64,000 nt of DNA from Cyanobacteria bacterium REEB446 (GCA_018970325.1 JAGWWP010000001.1:7889-71888); one strand, 5' to 3'; shown: positions 51,495-61,083, numbered from the stretch's first letter. Notes: generated by a model not told the origin, from the sequence alone. Numbers and translations: made by a program.

Positions 51495-53765
51495 TTATTT
51501 GGCACTCCACTGGCTACTTGTAATAGAATCTTCAAGATTTGAAATCAAAGACTGTAAATGACTAATTGCTTCTGTGTGCTGTTTGCTAAAGTCATTGAAA
51601 TACCCTTGCCCAGCATCTTTGATTTTATTAATAGATGAGGCCATTGATTCACCAGCTTTACCAAACTCATTAGTTATATCTAGTGTTAATTTATTAATTG
51701 CTTGGTAATCCTTATGTAATTGATCACTAGTACTTTGATGAGTTTTTAATAATTCCTTCTGCTCTTGCATGGCTGTTCTTAATAGATTTAGCTGCTCTTT
51801 GAAGTCCACATCCTTTTGCTCACTAGCTATGGTGATTTTATTTTGGAGTTCTATGAGCTTATCCATGGAATTCTGGATTTTTATAGATTCCTCTCTTAGT
51901 GCACTTACTCGCTGTAAATATTCACTTAATTCGGTAAGTGAGCTTCTTTGCGTTGCTGTCAGTTCATTTTGTTTATTAATGAAATGTGAGAACTCATTAT
52001 TTAATAAATTAGTTAACTTATCGAAAGCATAGTTTAATTGAGCTTGAGCGTTATTTAACTGCTCAGGCATAGATAGTGCTTGTCTACTTAAAATATCAAT
52101 ATTATTTTTTAACTCATGTAAAACGCTCTCTAGATTATCTTTTAAGCTGCTCATGCTACTAGTGAAGCTATGCTCCAAGTTTTTAATCTGAGATTCGTGT
52201 ACACTAGTGTTCTCTTGCTGCATTCTGTTATGATCTTCCTGAAAGCTTCTTGAAGAATTTTCAAAGATATTCTTCATCTCGAATAATAATTCACTACTCA
52301 ACTTAGAATTAGCTTCGCTAAGCTCAAAAATTTTATTAGTAATAAATTGCATACCTTCAGTGTGTTTACGTTGCATTTCATCTTGTTGAGTTACCAGATT
52401 AGCTGTTAATTCCTGATTTCTCAGCATAATATTCTCTAAAAGCTGATTTAGATTAGAACCTTGCTGATTATGTATCTCTTCAAAAAGATTTTTTACTAGA
52501 TCTGACATCTCACGCTGTGAATCAGAGAGACTTAATTTCATTTCAGCTGTAGATTTAGACATATCACCCAGTAAAGATTCCATAATCTCAGGAAGCTTTT
52601 CCATAGTGGTTTTCAAAGCCTCTATATCACTATTTAAACCTTTGGTAAGACTCTCTCTAAGTTCCTGTCCTATAGTACCTAAATGCTCAGACATACCATT
52701 CAAACCTGCCGCACTAAAATCTTTCATTGAATCGGAGACTTTAAACATCTCATCTTTTATATCTGTCACTAAATTTTTAACTCCAGATGTCTCATTTTTA
52801 ATATCTGAAACTGCATTTTTTACACTTTCTTCAATTGATTTCTCTATATTCTCCAAAATACTGCCAGTACCTTTAGTTTTATGAAAATAGCTTTCTATCT
52901 GACCAGGTATTTGTTTAATATCTTTCTGCATCACTATGAGTAAATCCTGAGTGGTTAATCGCCTGAAATTTCTATTCAACTCATAGATAATGCTAGACAG
53001 AGTTTCATGCATTTCATGCTCTTTATTTTTAATAGTGATCTCTGCATTAATGGCTAAAATCAAACCTACTATACTGGTAATAAATTTTGCAGATAGTGCA
53101 TTAATAAAATCATCTAAGCCTGTTATATCCCCCCCTCCTGCTTCCTGTCTGACTACACTCAAACCAGCAGTAAGAGCGATAAAAGTAAAAAGCAGTCCAG
53201 TACTGGTAAAGAAGCTAGGATAATGCTTCAGTCTAAATACATAAGGACTTACTATAGTATTAACTTTAAAAAAATCTTCAGCTTGATAGACATTCATTAG
53301 CTGTTCTTTATACTCATGCACGCCCTCAGAAAACTCTTTCCATGCATGTTCTAGACTAATATACATAGAACTTTGAAGATTTGTCTCAGAATATGGTTCG
53401 TCAAAGTATTTATTGATTTTCGCTTTAAGTTCATAAGAACTATGCGATTCTTTTATGAGCTGATAAAAAGCTTTTAAATCCTTTATCCCAGATTCTGTTT
53501 CAGCTAAATTTGCTTGATAGGGATTACTATTTAAATTTAAAACTTTTATTTTATTTTTACATGCAAACCAGATGGAAGCCAAAAAGCCATAAATGAGTAT
53601 AAGCACTGTAATCTTAATACCAAAAATACCAGAGCTGGAATCTTGATTACCATTCCACCAATTTATAAACTGACTTGACCACGTCCGAGGATCACACAGG
53701 AACAGCGTTAAATCAAGATTTAAAATTTTAAAAATATTAAACTGTGGTAACAATGTAGAACTCAT
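51495..53765 (-). CDS. zorA: ZorA-like: MotA/ExbB-type membrane protein with ~500-aa C-terminal helical/coiled-coil tail
   Basis: TM helices (ILIYGFLASIWFAC; GLLFTFIALTAGLSVV; ITSIVGLILAINAEITI) resembling MotA/ExbB core, then long heptad-rich tail; 15 bp upstream of MotB-like gene. Confidence 0.55.
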   Translation of the reverse strand: MSSTLLPQFNIFKILNLDLTLFLCDPRTWSSQFINWWNGNQDSSSGIFGIKITVLILIYGFLASIWFACKNKIKVLNLNSNPYQANLAETESGIKDLKAFYQLIKESHSSYELKAKINKYFDEPYSETNLQSSMYISLEHAWKEFSEGVHEYKEQLMNVYQAEDFFKVNTIVSPYVFRLKHYPSFFTSTGLLFTFIALTAGLSVVRQEAGGGDITGLDDFINALSAKFITSIVGLILAINAEITIKNKEHEMHETLSSIIYELNRNFRRLTTQDLLIVMQKDIKQIPGQIESYFHKTKGTGSILENIEKSIEESVKNAVSDIKNETSGVKNLVTDIKDEMFKVSDSMKDFSAAGLNGMSEHLGTIGQELRESLTKGLNSDIEALKTTMEKLPEIMESLLGDMSKSTAEMKLSLSDSQREMSDLVKNLFEEIHNQQGSNLNQLLENIMLRNQELTANLVTQQDEMQRKHTEGMQFITNKIFELSEANSKLSSELLFEMKNIFENSSRSFQEDHNRMQQENTSVHESQIKNLEHSFTSSMSSLKDNLESVLHELKNNIDILSRQALSMPEQLNNAQAQLNYAFDKLTNLLNNEFSHFINKQNELTATQRSSLTELSEYLQRVSALREESIKIQNSMDKLIELQNKITIASEQKDVDFKEQLNLLRTAMQEQKELLKTHQSTSDQLHKDYQAINKLTLDITNEFGKAGESMASSINKIKDAGQGYFNDFSKQHTEAISHLQSLISNLEDSITSSQWSAK

Positions 53766-53777
53766 CCACTCTCTCCG

Positions 53778-53805
53778 TTATTAACTATCTAATGTTTTAG
53801 TGCAA
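53778..53805 (-). promoter_or_regulatory. putative sigma70-type promoter for zorA operon
   Basis: Minus strand reads TTGCAC-16 nt-TAATAA, then GGAGAGAG RBS before the ATG; weak. Confidence 0.2.
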
Positions 53806-53821
53806 GCACTAAGATTGAAAA

Positions 53822-54060
53822 AAAGCTATTTAGAAATTTATATATTATTAAATAGCCGGGAGTTCATAGACCGTTACAAGACGACTACTGCAATCTTTAA
53901 GCCCTAAGGCTTTGGACATGCATTACAGTCTCCCGGCTTTTTTAAAGCCAGGAGATATCGTTTTTACAGTCGGATATCTCTATCGACTGCTTGTAAAGAG
54001 GCTATGAAACCCCAAGGTTCTTTTAAGGAAAGAACCTCGTTATGAATTATAAACTAAGTG
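53822..54060. repeat. conserved ~240-bp structured element, copy 2
   Basis: See copy 1; lies between zorA start and the stop codon of the degenerate Fic gene. Confidence 0.7.
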
Positions 54061-54071
54061 AGAGATCGCTA

Positions 54072-55124
54072 TCACTGAAAATAATTTCTTACAGCAAATT
54101 CAAACTGTTCAATGAAAAGCTCTTTGAGATACAGAAGGTTATTTCTTTCATAAAAAAGTATCATCGCTTTTTTATATTCAGTCTCATCAATGCTTCTGTA
54201 GGAGAGAGGGCAGTAATTATAAGCCAGTAGTAAGGCATTGCTAGTAATGCGACTAGTTCTTTTATTACCGTCCTCAAAAGCTTGGATATAGGAAATAAGT
54301 GCAGAGCAGGTTAAAGCTTTAGTGAATGGCTCTTTAATTTTATTTACAGTCTCAGATAGGCTTTTAATCGAATCACTAATCTGGAAAACATTATCTAAAG
54401 GCTTATAATTCGTTCCTGTAATTCCGACCAAACTATTTCTGAAATTAGGATTAATGTATAAGCCCTTAGTTAGCATGCTGTGCAATTCAATAATTTTATT
54501 CGGCGTAATTTTTTTAAAGTAAGCAGGTTTTTCTAAGATGTACTCTAGAGCGTGTTTATGATTCAGTAACATTTTTGCTTCTTCTTTGCTATGACCTTTA
54601 GCTTCGATGCCGACTTTAAAAAGAGTTTCTGTGTCTAATAATGAATAAGTATTCCCCTCTATCTGTGAGGATTTCCATGAAAGATCTATAGTTAATCTTT
54701 CGAATTCTTTTCTTATAATAGTTTTACTGTGTTGTTTTAAATTACTTCTATAAGTATTATTTAATTGCTCAATGTGTTCTAACTCACTGCTAGAGAAGAT
54801 TTTCTCAGATACTTTATCTATGAGTTTGAAAATATTAAAATTAAAACTCTCTTCTATAAATCGTTTATCAGGAATAACTGAGAAGTATTGTTTGATATTG
54901 ATTGGCTGAATCAGTTTATATAGTGGTGAAAGTTTGTAAACAGTATTCTTACCTTCTCCATATCTGATTATTAAATCAAGTTTTAATAAATAGGTTAAAT
55001 CTCTGTTTAAGGTAACTCTAGATATAGATTCATTTAATAATCTCTCTATGCTTGCTATATCAAGTTCAGAATATTTTAAAAATAATTCTAAGATTGTTTC
55101 CTGCCGAGGATTTAACTTAAACAT
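54072..55124 (-). CDS. Fic-family protein with N-terminal wHTH and degenerate active-site motif
   Basis: Fic core with motif position reading YIQAFEDGNKRTSR instead of HPFx(D/E)GNGRxxR (His, Pro and second Gly replaced). Confidence 0.55.
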   Translation of the reverse strand: MFKLNPRQETILELFLKYSELDIASIERLLNESISRVTLNRDLTYLLKLDLIIRYGEGKNTVYKLSPLYKLIQPINIKQYFSVIPDKRFIEESFNFNIFKLIDKVSEKIFSSSELEHIEQLNNTYRSNLKQHSKTIIRKEFERLTIDLSWKSSQIEGNTYSLLDTETLFKVGIEAKGHSKEEAKMLLNHKHALEYILEKPAYFKKITPNKIIELHSMLTKGLYINPNFRNSLVGITGTNYKPLDNVFQISDSIKSLSETVNKIKEPFTKALTCSALISYIQAFEDGNKRTSRITSNALLLAYNYCPLSYRSIDETEYKKAMILFYERNNLLYLKELFIEQFEFAVRNYFQ

Positions 55125-55263
55125 ATAAACTTTCCTATCATTAATTTAGCTTATTCCTATCATTTATGATAGGAATCTAAGATACTTGAGGAAAATTGGA
55201 GTTCCGCAACAGTGCCTTATAGAAACTAAACTAATGTCCTGTTACAATAGGATATGACTCACT

Positions 55264-57198
55264 ATGGCTAATTTAGAAAATGCTTGGCTAATCGCACTCT
55301 ATCCTCTGATAAGTGCTCTTTTAATAATGTTTTTCACCCATAAAAGCAGACCGCTTTCTATGGGGCTTTCGGTATCAGCGGTGGCTATCGGCTTTATCCA
55401 CTCTTTAGTACTGTTCTTGAATTTTCACGATAACCATGCTCATGAAGTGAATTTTAACTGGATTAAGGCTGGTGATTTCCATTTAGAGATGGGTTATTTA
55501 GTAGATAAGCTGGCTATCGGTATGCTGCTTACTGTAACTCTAGTAAGTTTTCTGGTGCAGATTTATACGCACGCTTATATGGATGAAGATGAAGGCTATA
55601 CGAGATTTTATTCTTACCTGTCTTTATTTACCTTCTCGATGCTAGGTTTAGTTATTTCGACGAATTTATTTCAAATGTATTTCTTCTGGGAATTAGTCGG
55701 GGTTTGTAGTTTCCTTCTTATCGGTTTCTGGTGGTATAAACCTAGTGCCGCACATGCTTGTAAAAAGGCCTTCGTTACGAATAGAGTCGGTGATGCTGGT
55801 TTCCTTATAGGTTTAATGCTGCTTTATGCTTTTACTAAAGACTTCTGGGTAAATGGCATAGCGACTATGTCTTTTACTAGTTTGCAGGAAGCTATTAATT
55901 ATGCGATTCATAATAATGGGCTTGAGCTTTTAGGCTGGGTTTCGGTTACCTCTATAGGTCTTCTTATATTTATGGGAGCGATGGCTAAATCAGCTCAGTT
56001 TCCTTTACACATCTGGTTACCTGATGCGATGGAAGGACCTACACCTATATCTGCTCTAATCCACGCTGCGACTATGGTAGCGGCTGGTGTTTATTTACTT
56101 GCTAGAATTTTCCCTATATGTAGTATAGAAGGTTCTGCGGCATTACCTGTAATAGCTTGGATAGGTGGTATCACTGCTATCTTCGCTGCGACTATTGCTT
56201 TAACACAGAATGATATTAAAAAAGCTCTAGCTTATTCTACCTGCTCGCAGCTTGGTTACATGGTTTTAGCTGTAGGTTTAGGTGCGCCGATTATCGCTAT
56301 GTTCCATTTAATTACGCATGCGATGTTTAAGGCTATGCTTTTCTTAGGTTCTGGTTCTGTTATTTTAGGCTGCCATCACGAACAAGATATGCGTGAAATG
56401 GGTGGCTTACGTAAATATATGCCGATTACAGCGATTACATTTTTAATCGGAACACTGTCTATATCAGGCTTACCATTTATGAGTGGTTTCTGGTCTAAGG
56501 ATATGATTATCGCTAAAGCCTTCGAGGTATCACCAGCTCTTTTCTGGATAGCTACTTCTACGGCTCTGTTAACAGCGTTTTATATGTTTCGTATCTATTT
56601 TAAAACTTTCGAGGGAGAGTATAGAGGTCATGCTCACCCGCATGAACAGCCACTCGCTGTAACTGTGCCATTAATGGTTTTAGCAGTGCCTTCTATAATT
56701 TTAGGTCTGTGGGGTTCACCATTACTGGGTTATCCATTAATTCATTACTTTGATAGTCATTTCCACGCTCATGGTACTGGTTGGGGATTCTTTTTACATG
56801 AGTTAAGCCAGCCAATGGGCTACCTACCTTTACTATCTTTTATTATAGGTACTTCAGTCGCTTATCTAGTCTATGTTAAGAAGAAGACTATTAATGATAA
56901 ACTCGTGAATGTTTTAGCTAAAGAGCAGTTCGCTTGGCTTTATAAAGGTTCAGTAAATAAATGGTATATCGATGAAGCCTACGAGTTTGTTATAGGTTTA
57001 TTTATGAAGTTCTTTAGGGCTACTTGGAAATTCTTTGAAAGAGTAGTTATAGAGGGTATCTTCATTAATGGCTTCGCTTGGAGAGGTTCTGAGCTTGTCG
57101 GTGAGATTTTAAAACTTACTCAGAATGGCAGAGTGCAAAGTTATATAGCCATAATGTTTGTTGGGCTTTTGTTCTTTGTGGTTATGTTTTTGGTTTAG
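55264..57198 (+). CDS. nuoL: NADH-quinone oxidoreductase subunit L
   Basis: 644 aa, ~16 TM helices, conserved NuoL/ND5 motifs (e.g. WLPDAMEGPTPISALIHAATMV). Confidence 0.9.
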   Translation: MANLENAWLIALYPLISALLIMFFTHKSRPLSMGLSVSAVAIGFIHSLVLFLNFHDNHAHEVNFNWIKAGDFHLEMGYLVDKLAIGMLLTVTLVSFLVQIYTHAYMDEDEGYTRFYSYLSLFTFSMLGLVISTNLFQMYFFWELVGVCSFLLIGFWWYKPSAAHACKKAFVTNRVGDAGFLIGLMLLYAFTKDFWVNGIATMSFTSLQEAINYAIHNNGLELLGWVSVTSIGLLIFMGAMAKSAQFPLHIWLPDAMEGPTPISALIHAATMVAAGVYLLARIFPICSIEGSAALPVIAWIGGITAIFAATIALTQNDIKKALAYSTCSQLGYMVLAVGLGAPIIAMFHLITHAMFKAMLFLGSGSVILGCHHEQDMREMGGLRKYMPITAITFLIGTLSISGLPFMSGFWSKDMIIAKAFEVSPALFWIATSTALLTAFYMFRIYFKTFEGEYRGHAHPHEQPLAVTVPLMVLAVPSIILGLWGSPLLGYPLIHYFDSHFHAHGTGWGFFLHELSQPMGYLPLLSFIIGTSVAYLVYVKKKTINDKLVNVLAKEQFAWLYKGSVNKWYIDEAYEFVIGLFMKFFRATWKFFERVVIEGIFINGFAWRGSELVGEILKLTQNGRVQSYIAIMFVGLLFFVVMFLV

Positions 57199-57398
57199 TC
57201 TGAGAATCATTTAATTTTATTTGAACTTATATTAAAGAAACTTCTGCATTTTGTATGTATGAGTTGTTTATAATGGGTTTTAGTTAAGATAAGTTTTTAG
57301 AGATTTATTTATTCTCTTTGGGTTTGTTTGAGCTTGGAGACTGGTGTTGACTATGTAACTGAGGAAGCCGAATGATGGTTTTTTCTTAAGGGGAAATA

Positions 57399-59240
57399 AT
57401 GATTAATGTTAATAATAAACCTGTAACCTATGGTGTTTTAAGGCAATGGTTAGAAACACTATTAGATAAGCCAGTAGATACTCCTAGTAAGAATGGTTCA
57501 AGCACAGGGGCTTCGGAACTTAATGGCAGGGATCGCGCTGCGGAATTATTATTACCTAATTCAGAATCTCCTGCTCAAGTAGAACCAGCTTATAAACCAA
57601 ATGAAAAGCTTTTGGGGAAAGAGGTTGCTAGAGCAGTCCAGTTTTTACCAAAAGAAATTATTCAAGAATTAGAGAGAAAAGTTCGAGAGAACAATATTAA
57701 TCCACAGGCGATAGAAGAATTTCAAATTGATTTAGGCAGGCATGTTCGTGTGGATACAGGTGCATCCAGTAAGGAAGTAGCTCAAAATGGCTTAGGAATT
57801 TCTCCTTTGACTCTTTTGGGTGATCCTAATAAAGCAGGCGATAATGCACTTAAAATTACACAAGAAGACCTTAATAAAATTAAGTCGAGCATTATGTTTA
57901 ATCTTGAAAGTGGGCGTGGTGGGCTTAAAGACGTAGAGGACTTAAGTAGATTCTCTATCTCTGAGCGTAATGGCTTGCCAGTAAATATTACTATTCGTGT
58001 AGGAAAAGCCGTGGAAACGCCTCTGCCAGTGGAAATCCAGAAAATAGTATTAGATGCTGTGCAAAATAAAAAGAAAGTTTTATTCCTTGGTCAGACTGGG
58101 GTTGGTAAGACGACTTTAATACGTCAGATCTCTAAATTCCTCTCTGATAAAGGAGTTAGTCCAAGTATTTTTGATAAAAGTGAGGAAATAGCTGGTCACG
58201 GTATAACTCCACATTCTGCTCTTGGGAATCTTGCTCGTAGATTTGTTATTCAACCATTTAAGAATGTCGCACAGAGTTTAATCTCCATGATAGAGAATCA
58301 TAATCCTAAAGCTCTAATCATAGACGAATTATCAGATCGTGAGCAGTTTAGTGGTGTAAGAAGAATGGTAGATGAGAAGGGCATACCAACTGCATTTATT
58401 TTTACACATGGTACTACTTTAGGTATGGCTATGCATTCTGATAATACCAAAGAGCTTTTAGCTAAAGTCGATACTGTTATTGTTGGTGATGATACTGCTC
58501 AGAAAACTGGTAATGGAGATGTTCAGGATAAAATCCGCCATAATGTAATCGGTCATTCGATGGTGGATGTGGTGGTGGAGATGCCAGCGAGAGGCGTTTT
58601 CGTAGTTCATGAAAATGTGCTGGATTCTATGAAGAAACTGGCTGCTGGTGAAGAACCTACGCTGAAGGTTTATCCGAAAGGGACTAATCTTAGGGAGTAT
58701 AGATCGAAAGAGGCTGAACAGTTTATTGAGCCAAAGAATCAGCTTAACCCCACTGAGCGACCAGTGTTAAATCAAGCAACAAAAACAGAATATTCATTTA
58801 CGAGTCAATCTTTTGTGGCAGAACCAGAAGAAAGAGTCCATAAAAAGGTGCAGAGAGGCACAGGCACGAAGCAAAAAGCTATTCCGTCATCCTCATCCAC
58901 TAGTCAGACAAAATATCCTTTGTTAGCTAAGAATTATAAAAAGGCTGAAATAGATTCAATGCCATCTGATAAATTAACTGAATTGCAGACGCAGTTATTA
59001 GGCAAACAGAAAGGAGAAGGAAATTTACCAAGAGTACAAAAGCAGCGACTTGACTGGGTTAATGCAGCAATAGAAAAGCAAAGAGTTAGAGGGCAACAGC
59101 AGCTAGATAGACATAGTAACCGATATAACTTAGAGGGATCTCGACTTACAGCGAGTCAGCAAAGAGAAGTGAGTAGTCTTAATAGGACTTTAGATCGGTT
59201 AGAGCAAGAAAGAAAGCAGAAAGAAGAAAGAAGCAGTTAA
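57399..59240 (+). CDS. P-loop NTPase (SpoIIIAA/Ycf45-like AAA) with long N- and C-terminal extensions; C-terminus Q/K/R-rich coiled coil
   Basis: Walker A LFLGQTGVGKTTLIRQI, Walker B ALIIDELSD. Confidence 0.35.
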   Translation: MINVNNKPVTYGVLRQWLETLLDKPVDTPSKNGSSTGASELNGRDRAAELLLPNSESPAQVEPAYKPNEKLLGKEVARAVQFLPKEIIQELERKVRENNINPQAIEEFQIDLGRHVRVDTGASSKEVAQNGLGISPLTLLGDPNKAGDNALKITQEDLNKIKSSIMFNLESGRGGLKDVEDLSRFSISERNGLPVNITIRVGKAVETPLPVEIQKIVLDAVQNKKKVLFLGQTGVGKTTLIRQISKFLSDKGVSPSIFDKSEEIAGHGITPHSALGNLARRFVIQPFKNVAQSLISMIENHNPKALIIDELSDREQFSGVRRMVDEKGIPTAFIFTHGTTLGMAMHSDNTKELLAKVDTVIVGDDTAQKTGNGDVQDKIRHNVIGHSMVDVVVEMPARGVFVVHENVLDSMKKLAAGEEPTLKVYPKGTNLREYRSKEAEQFIEPKNQLNPTERPVLNQATKTEYSFTSQSFVAEPEERVHKKVQRGTGTKQKAIPSSSSTSQTKYPLLAKNYKKAEIDSMPSDKLTELQTQLLGKQKGEGNLPRVQKQRLDWVNAAIEKQRVRGQQQLDRHSNRYNLEGSRLTASQQREVSSLNRTLDRLEQERKQKEERSS

Positions 59241-59938
59241 ACCCCATACTTAATCGGCTGATTTAAACCATCTAGCGGACCCATATAATCTTTCCTCAAC
59301 GGAAAACCATCCCAATTATCTGGATTTAAAATTCTAGTTAATTTAGGGTGTCCTTCAAAGCTTATGCCTAACATATCGTAGGCTTCTCTTTCTTGCCAAT
59401 TAGCACTAGCAAAGACTTCTGTAAGAGTGGGCATTACTGGTTTATCTTTAGCTAAAGTTACTTTAAGCACCACAGCCTCATCATGTTTACTGCTTTCTAG
59501 TCTAAGTATATTCTGGTAGCCTTTTTTAAGCTCCACTGCTGTCATGTAATTTAGTAAATTAAATTTTCTCTGTGCTTTTAAATCTTTACAGACTTGAATG
59601 ATATCCTCTACAGGAACCTCATACATTAAAGCACCGCTGGAATCTTTTCCTAATTCTTCTACTTTAAAATTCGCAGCATCGAAAAACTCTTTAGCTTCTG
59701 GAGTCTTCGGTGGTTTAGGCGGTTCTTCTACTACTGGAATAGCTTCTGCGCTAGCATTCGCCACAGCTTTAACCTCAGTTTTTACTTCAGCTTTAGCCTC
59801 TTCTAGTGGCTTACCATGAAATTTAGCGTAAGCCTCTTTAGCAGCCTGCTCTGGGTCTTTACCTTCAGCGATAGCCTTTTTTTTAGCGAAGAACATCGCT
59901 AATTTATCGTCACCTGGTTTAATTGGAAGATCTGCCAT
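59237..59938 (-). CDS. nuoC: NADH-quinone oxidoreductase subunit C with ~75-aa A/K/E-rich N-terminal extension
   Basis: C-terminal ~150 aa match NuoC/30-kDa subunit (ERE.YDMLGI.F.GHP.L.RIL); directly downstream of nuoB. Confidence 0.75.
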   Translation of the reverse strand: MADLPIKPGDDKLAMFFAKKKAIAEGKDPEQAAKEAYAKFHGKPLEEAKAEVKTEVKAVANASAEAIPVVEEPPKPPKTPEAKEFFDAANFKVEELGKDSSGALMYEVPVEDIIQVCKDLKAQRKFNLLNYMTAVELKKGYQNILRLESSKHDEAVVLKVTLAKDKPVMPTLTEVFASANWQEREAYDMLGISFEGHPKLTRILNPDNWDGFPLRKDYMGPLDGLNQPIKYGV

Positions 59939-59946
59939 ATTTAACT

Positions 59947-60576
59947 CTATTTATTTTCGTCTATTAATAAGCCTGTAAGTTCATCTACTTCTCTAACATA
60001 GGAGTCGTGATACTTACTAGTATTAGCTCTTGCGATAAGTTTTTCTTTACGAATTTTTCTCTGTAAAGTGAAAAGACCGTGTAGGAGACCTTCTGGTCTA
60101 GGCGGGCAACCAGGTACATATACATCTACTGGAATAAGGCGATCTACACCCTGTACTACTGAGTAGCTATCATGAAACATGCCACCAGTGATGGTGCAAG
60201 CACCCATGGCGATTACGTATTTAGGCTCTGGGAGCTGCTGGTAAAGTCTAACTAAGGCTGGAGCCATCTTTCTAGTGATAGTACCTGCGGTAATAATAAG
60301 GTCAGCCTGTCTAGGAGTAGCTCTGAAAACTTCTGAGCCGAACCTAGATATATCGAAACGAGACATACCCACTGACATCATTTCGATAGCACAGCAGGAA
60401 GTACCATAAGTTAAAGGCCAAACACTATTAGATCTAGCCCAGTTATAGATAGTATCCACGAAACTAGCTACAGTAGTGACTATCAGATTATCCTTTAGAC
60501 CTTCTGGGATTTCTATATCTTTACGCTCGGGAAGAGGGACTTTGCTTTCTGAGTAAAGTTCTTCGATATTTTGCAT
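59947..60576 (-). CDS. nuoB: NADH-quinone oxidoreductase subunit B
   Basis: Fe-S ligands CCAIEMM ... [10 protein letters not shown] ... GCPP. Confidence 0.9.
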   Translation of the reverse strand: MQNIEELYSESKVPLPERKDIEIPEGLKDNLIVTTVASFVDTIYNWARSNSVWPLTYGTSCCAIEMMSVGMSRFDISRFGSEVFRATPRQADLIITAGTITRKMAPALVRLYQQLPEPKYVIAMGACTITGGMFHDSYSVVQGVDRLIPVDVYVPGCPPRPEGLLHGLFTLQRKIRKEKLIARANTSKYHDSYVREVDELTGLLIDENK

Positions 60577-60663
60577 ACGGATCTTATTATACCAGTGCTT
60601 GCCTAGCTGAGTAATAAGTTAGGGTGGTGAATTTCTTAAGGAAGTTCTGATAACATAGATTCT

Positions 60664-61077
60664 ATGGTTCAACCAAAAAGTTTGCCGAGATTATATGCCT
60701 ATCTGCTTATAATGCGTTGGGTTATAGGGGTTATTTTTATCCTGAATGGTTATCCTAAATTCTCAGATCCATCTTTTGGCAGTCAGGCAGATACTTTTCT
60801 TGCAACTTTAAGAGATGACATTATTTTTAAACCTTATGAGGGTTTCTTTGAAAATATAGTTTTACCTAATGCTTTTTTGGTAGCTAAGATAGTTAAGTAC
60901 GCAGAGGTAATTTTAGGTATTTGTTTTATTATTAATTTTCCTATTAAAATAGCAGTATTCGGGGCTCTTTGCTTGCATTTAAATTATTTAGCGATAGCGA
61001 GTTTACCTACTTTTATGTTTTTAAATATTATGATGATTTCTGCGGAGTTCGCTATTTATGGGGCACGGCAGGACTAG
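60664..61077 (+). CDS. small integral membrane protein (DoxX-like?)
   Basis: 4 predicted TM helices; weak family guess. Confidence 0.3.
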   Translation: MVQPKSLPRLYAYLLIMRWVIGVIFILNGYPKFSDPSFGSQADTFLATLRDDIIFKPYEGFFENIVLPNAFLVAKIVKYAEVILGICFIINFPIKIAVFGALCLHLNYLAIASLPTFMFLNIMMISAEFAIYGARQD

Positions 61078-61083
61078 GGATTA

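Noticed and set aside
36926-53765. Looked for integrase, transposase or recombinase genes to explain defence-island mobility
   Set aside because: No ORF in the island shows tyrosine/serine recombinase or DDE transposase motifs; all sizeable ORFs are accounted for by defence or ATPase functions
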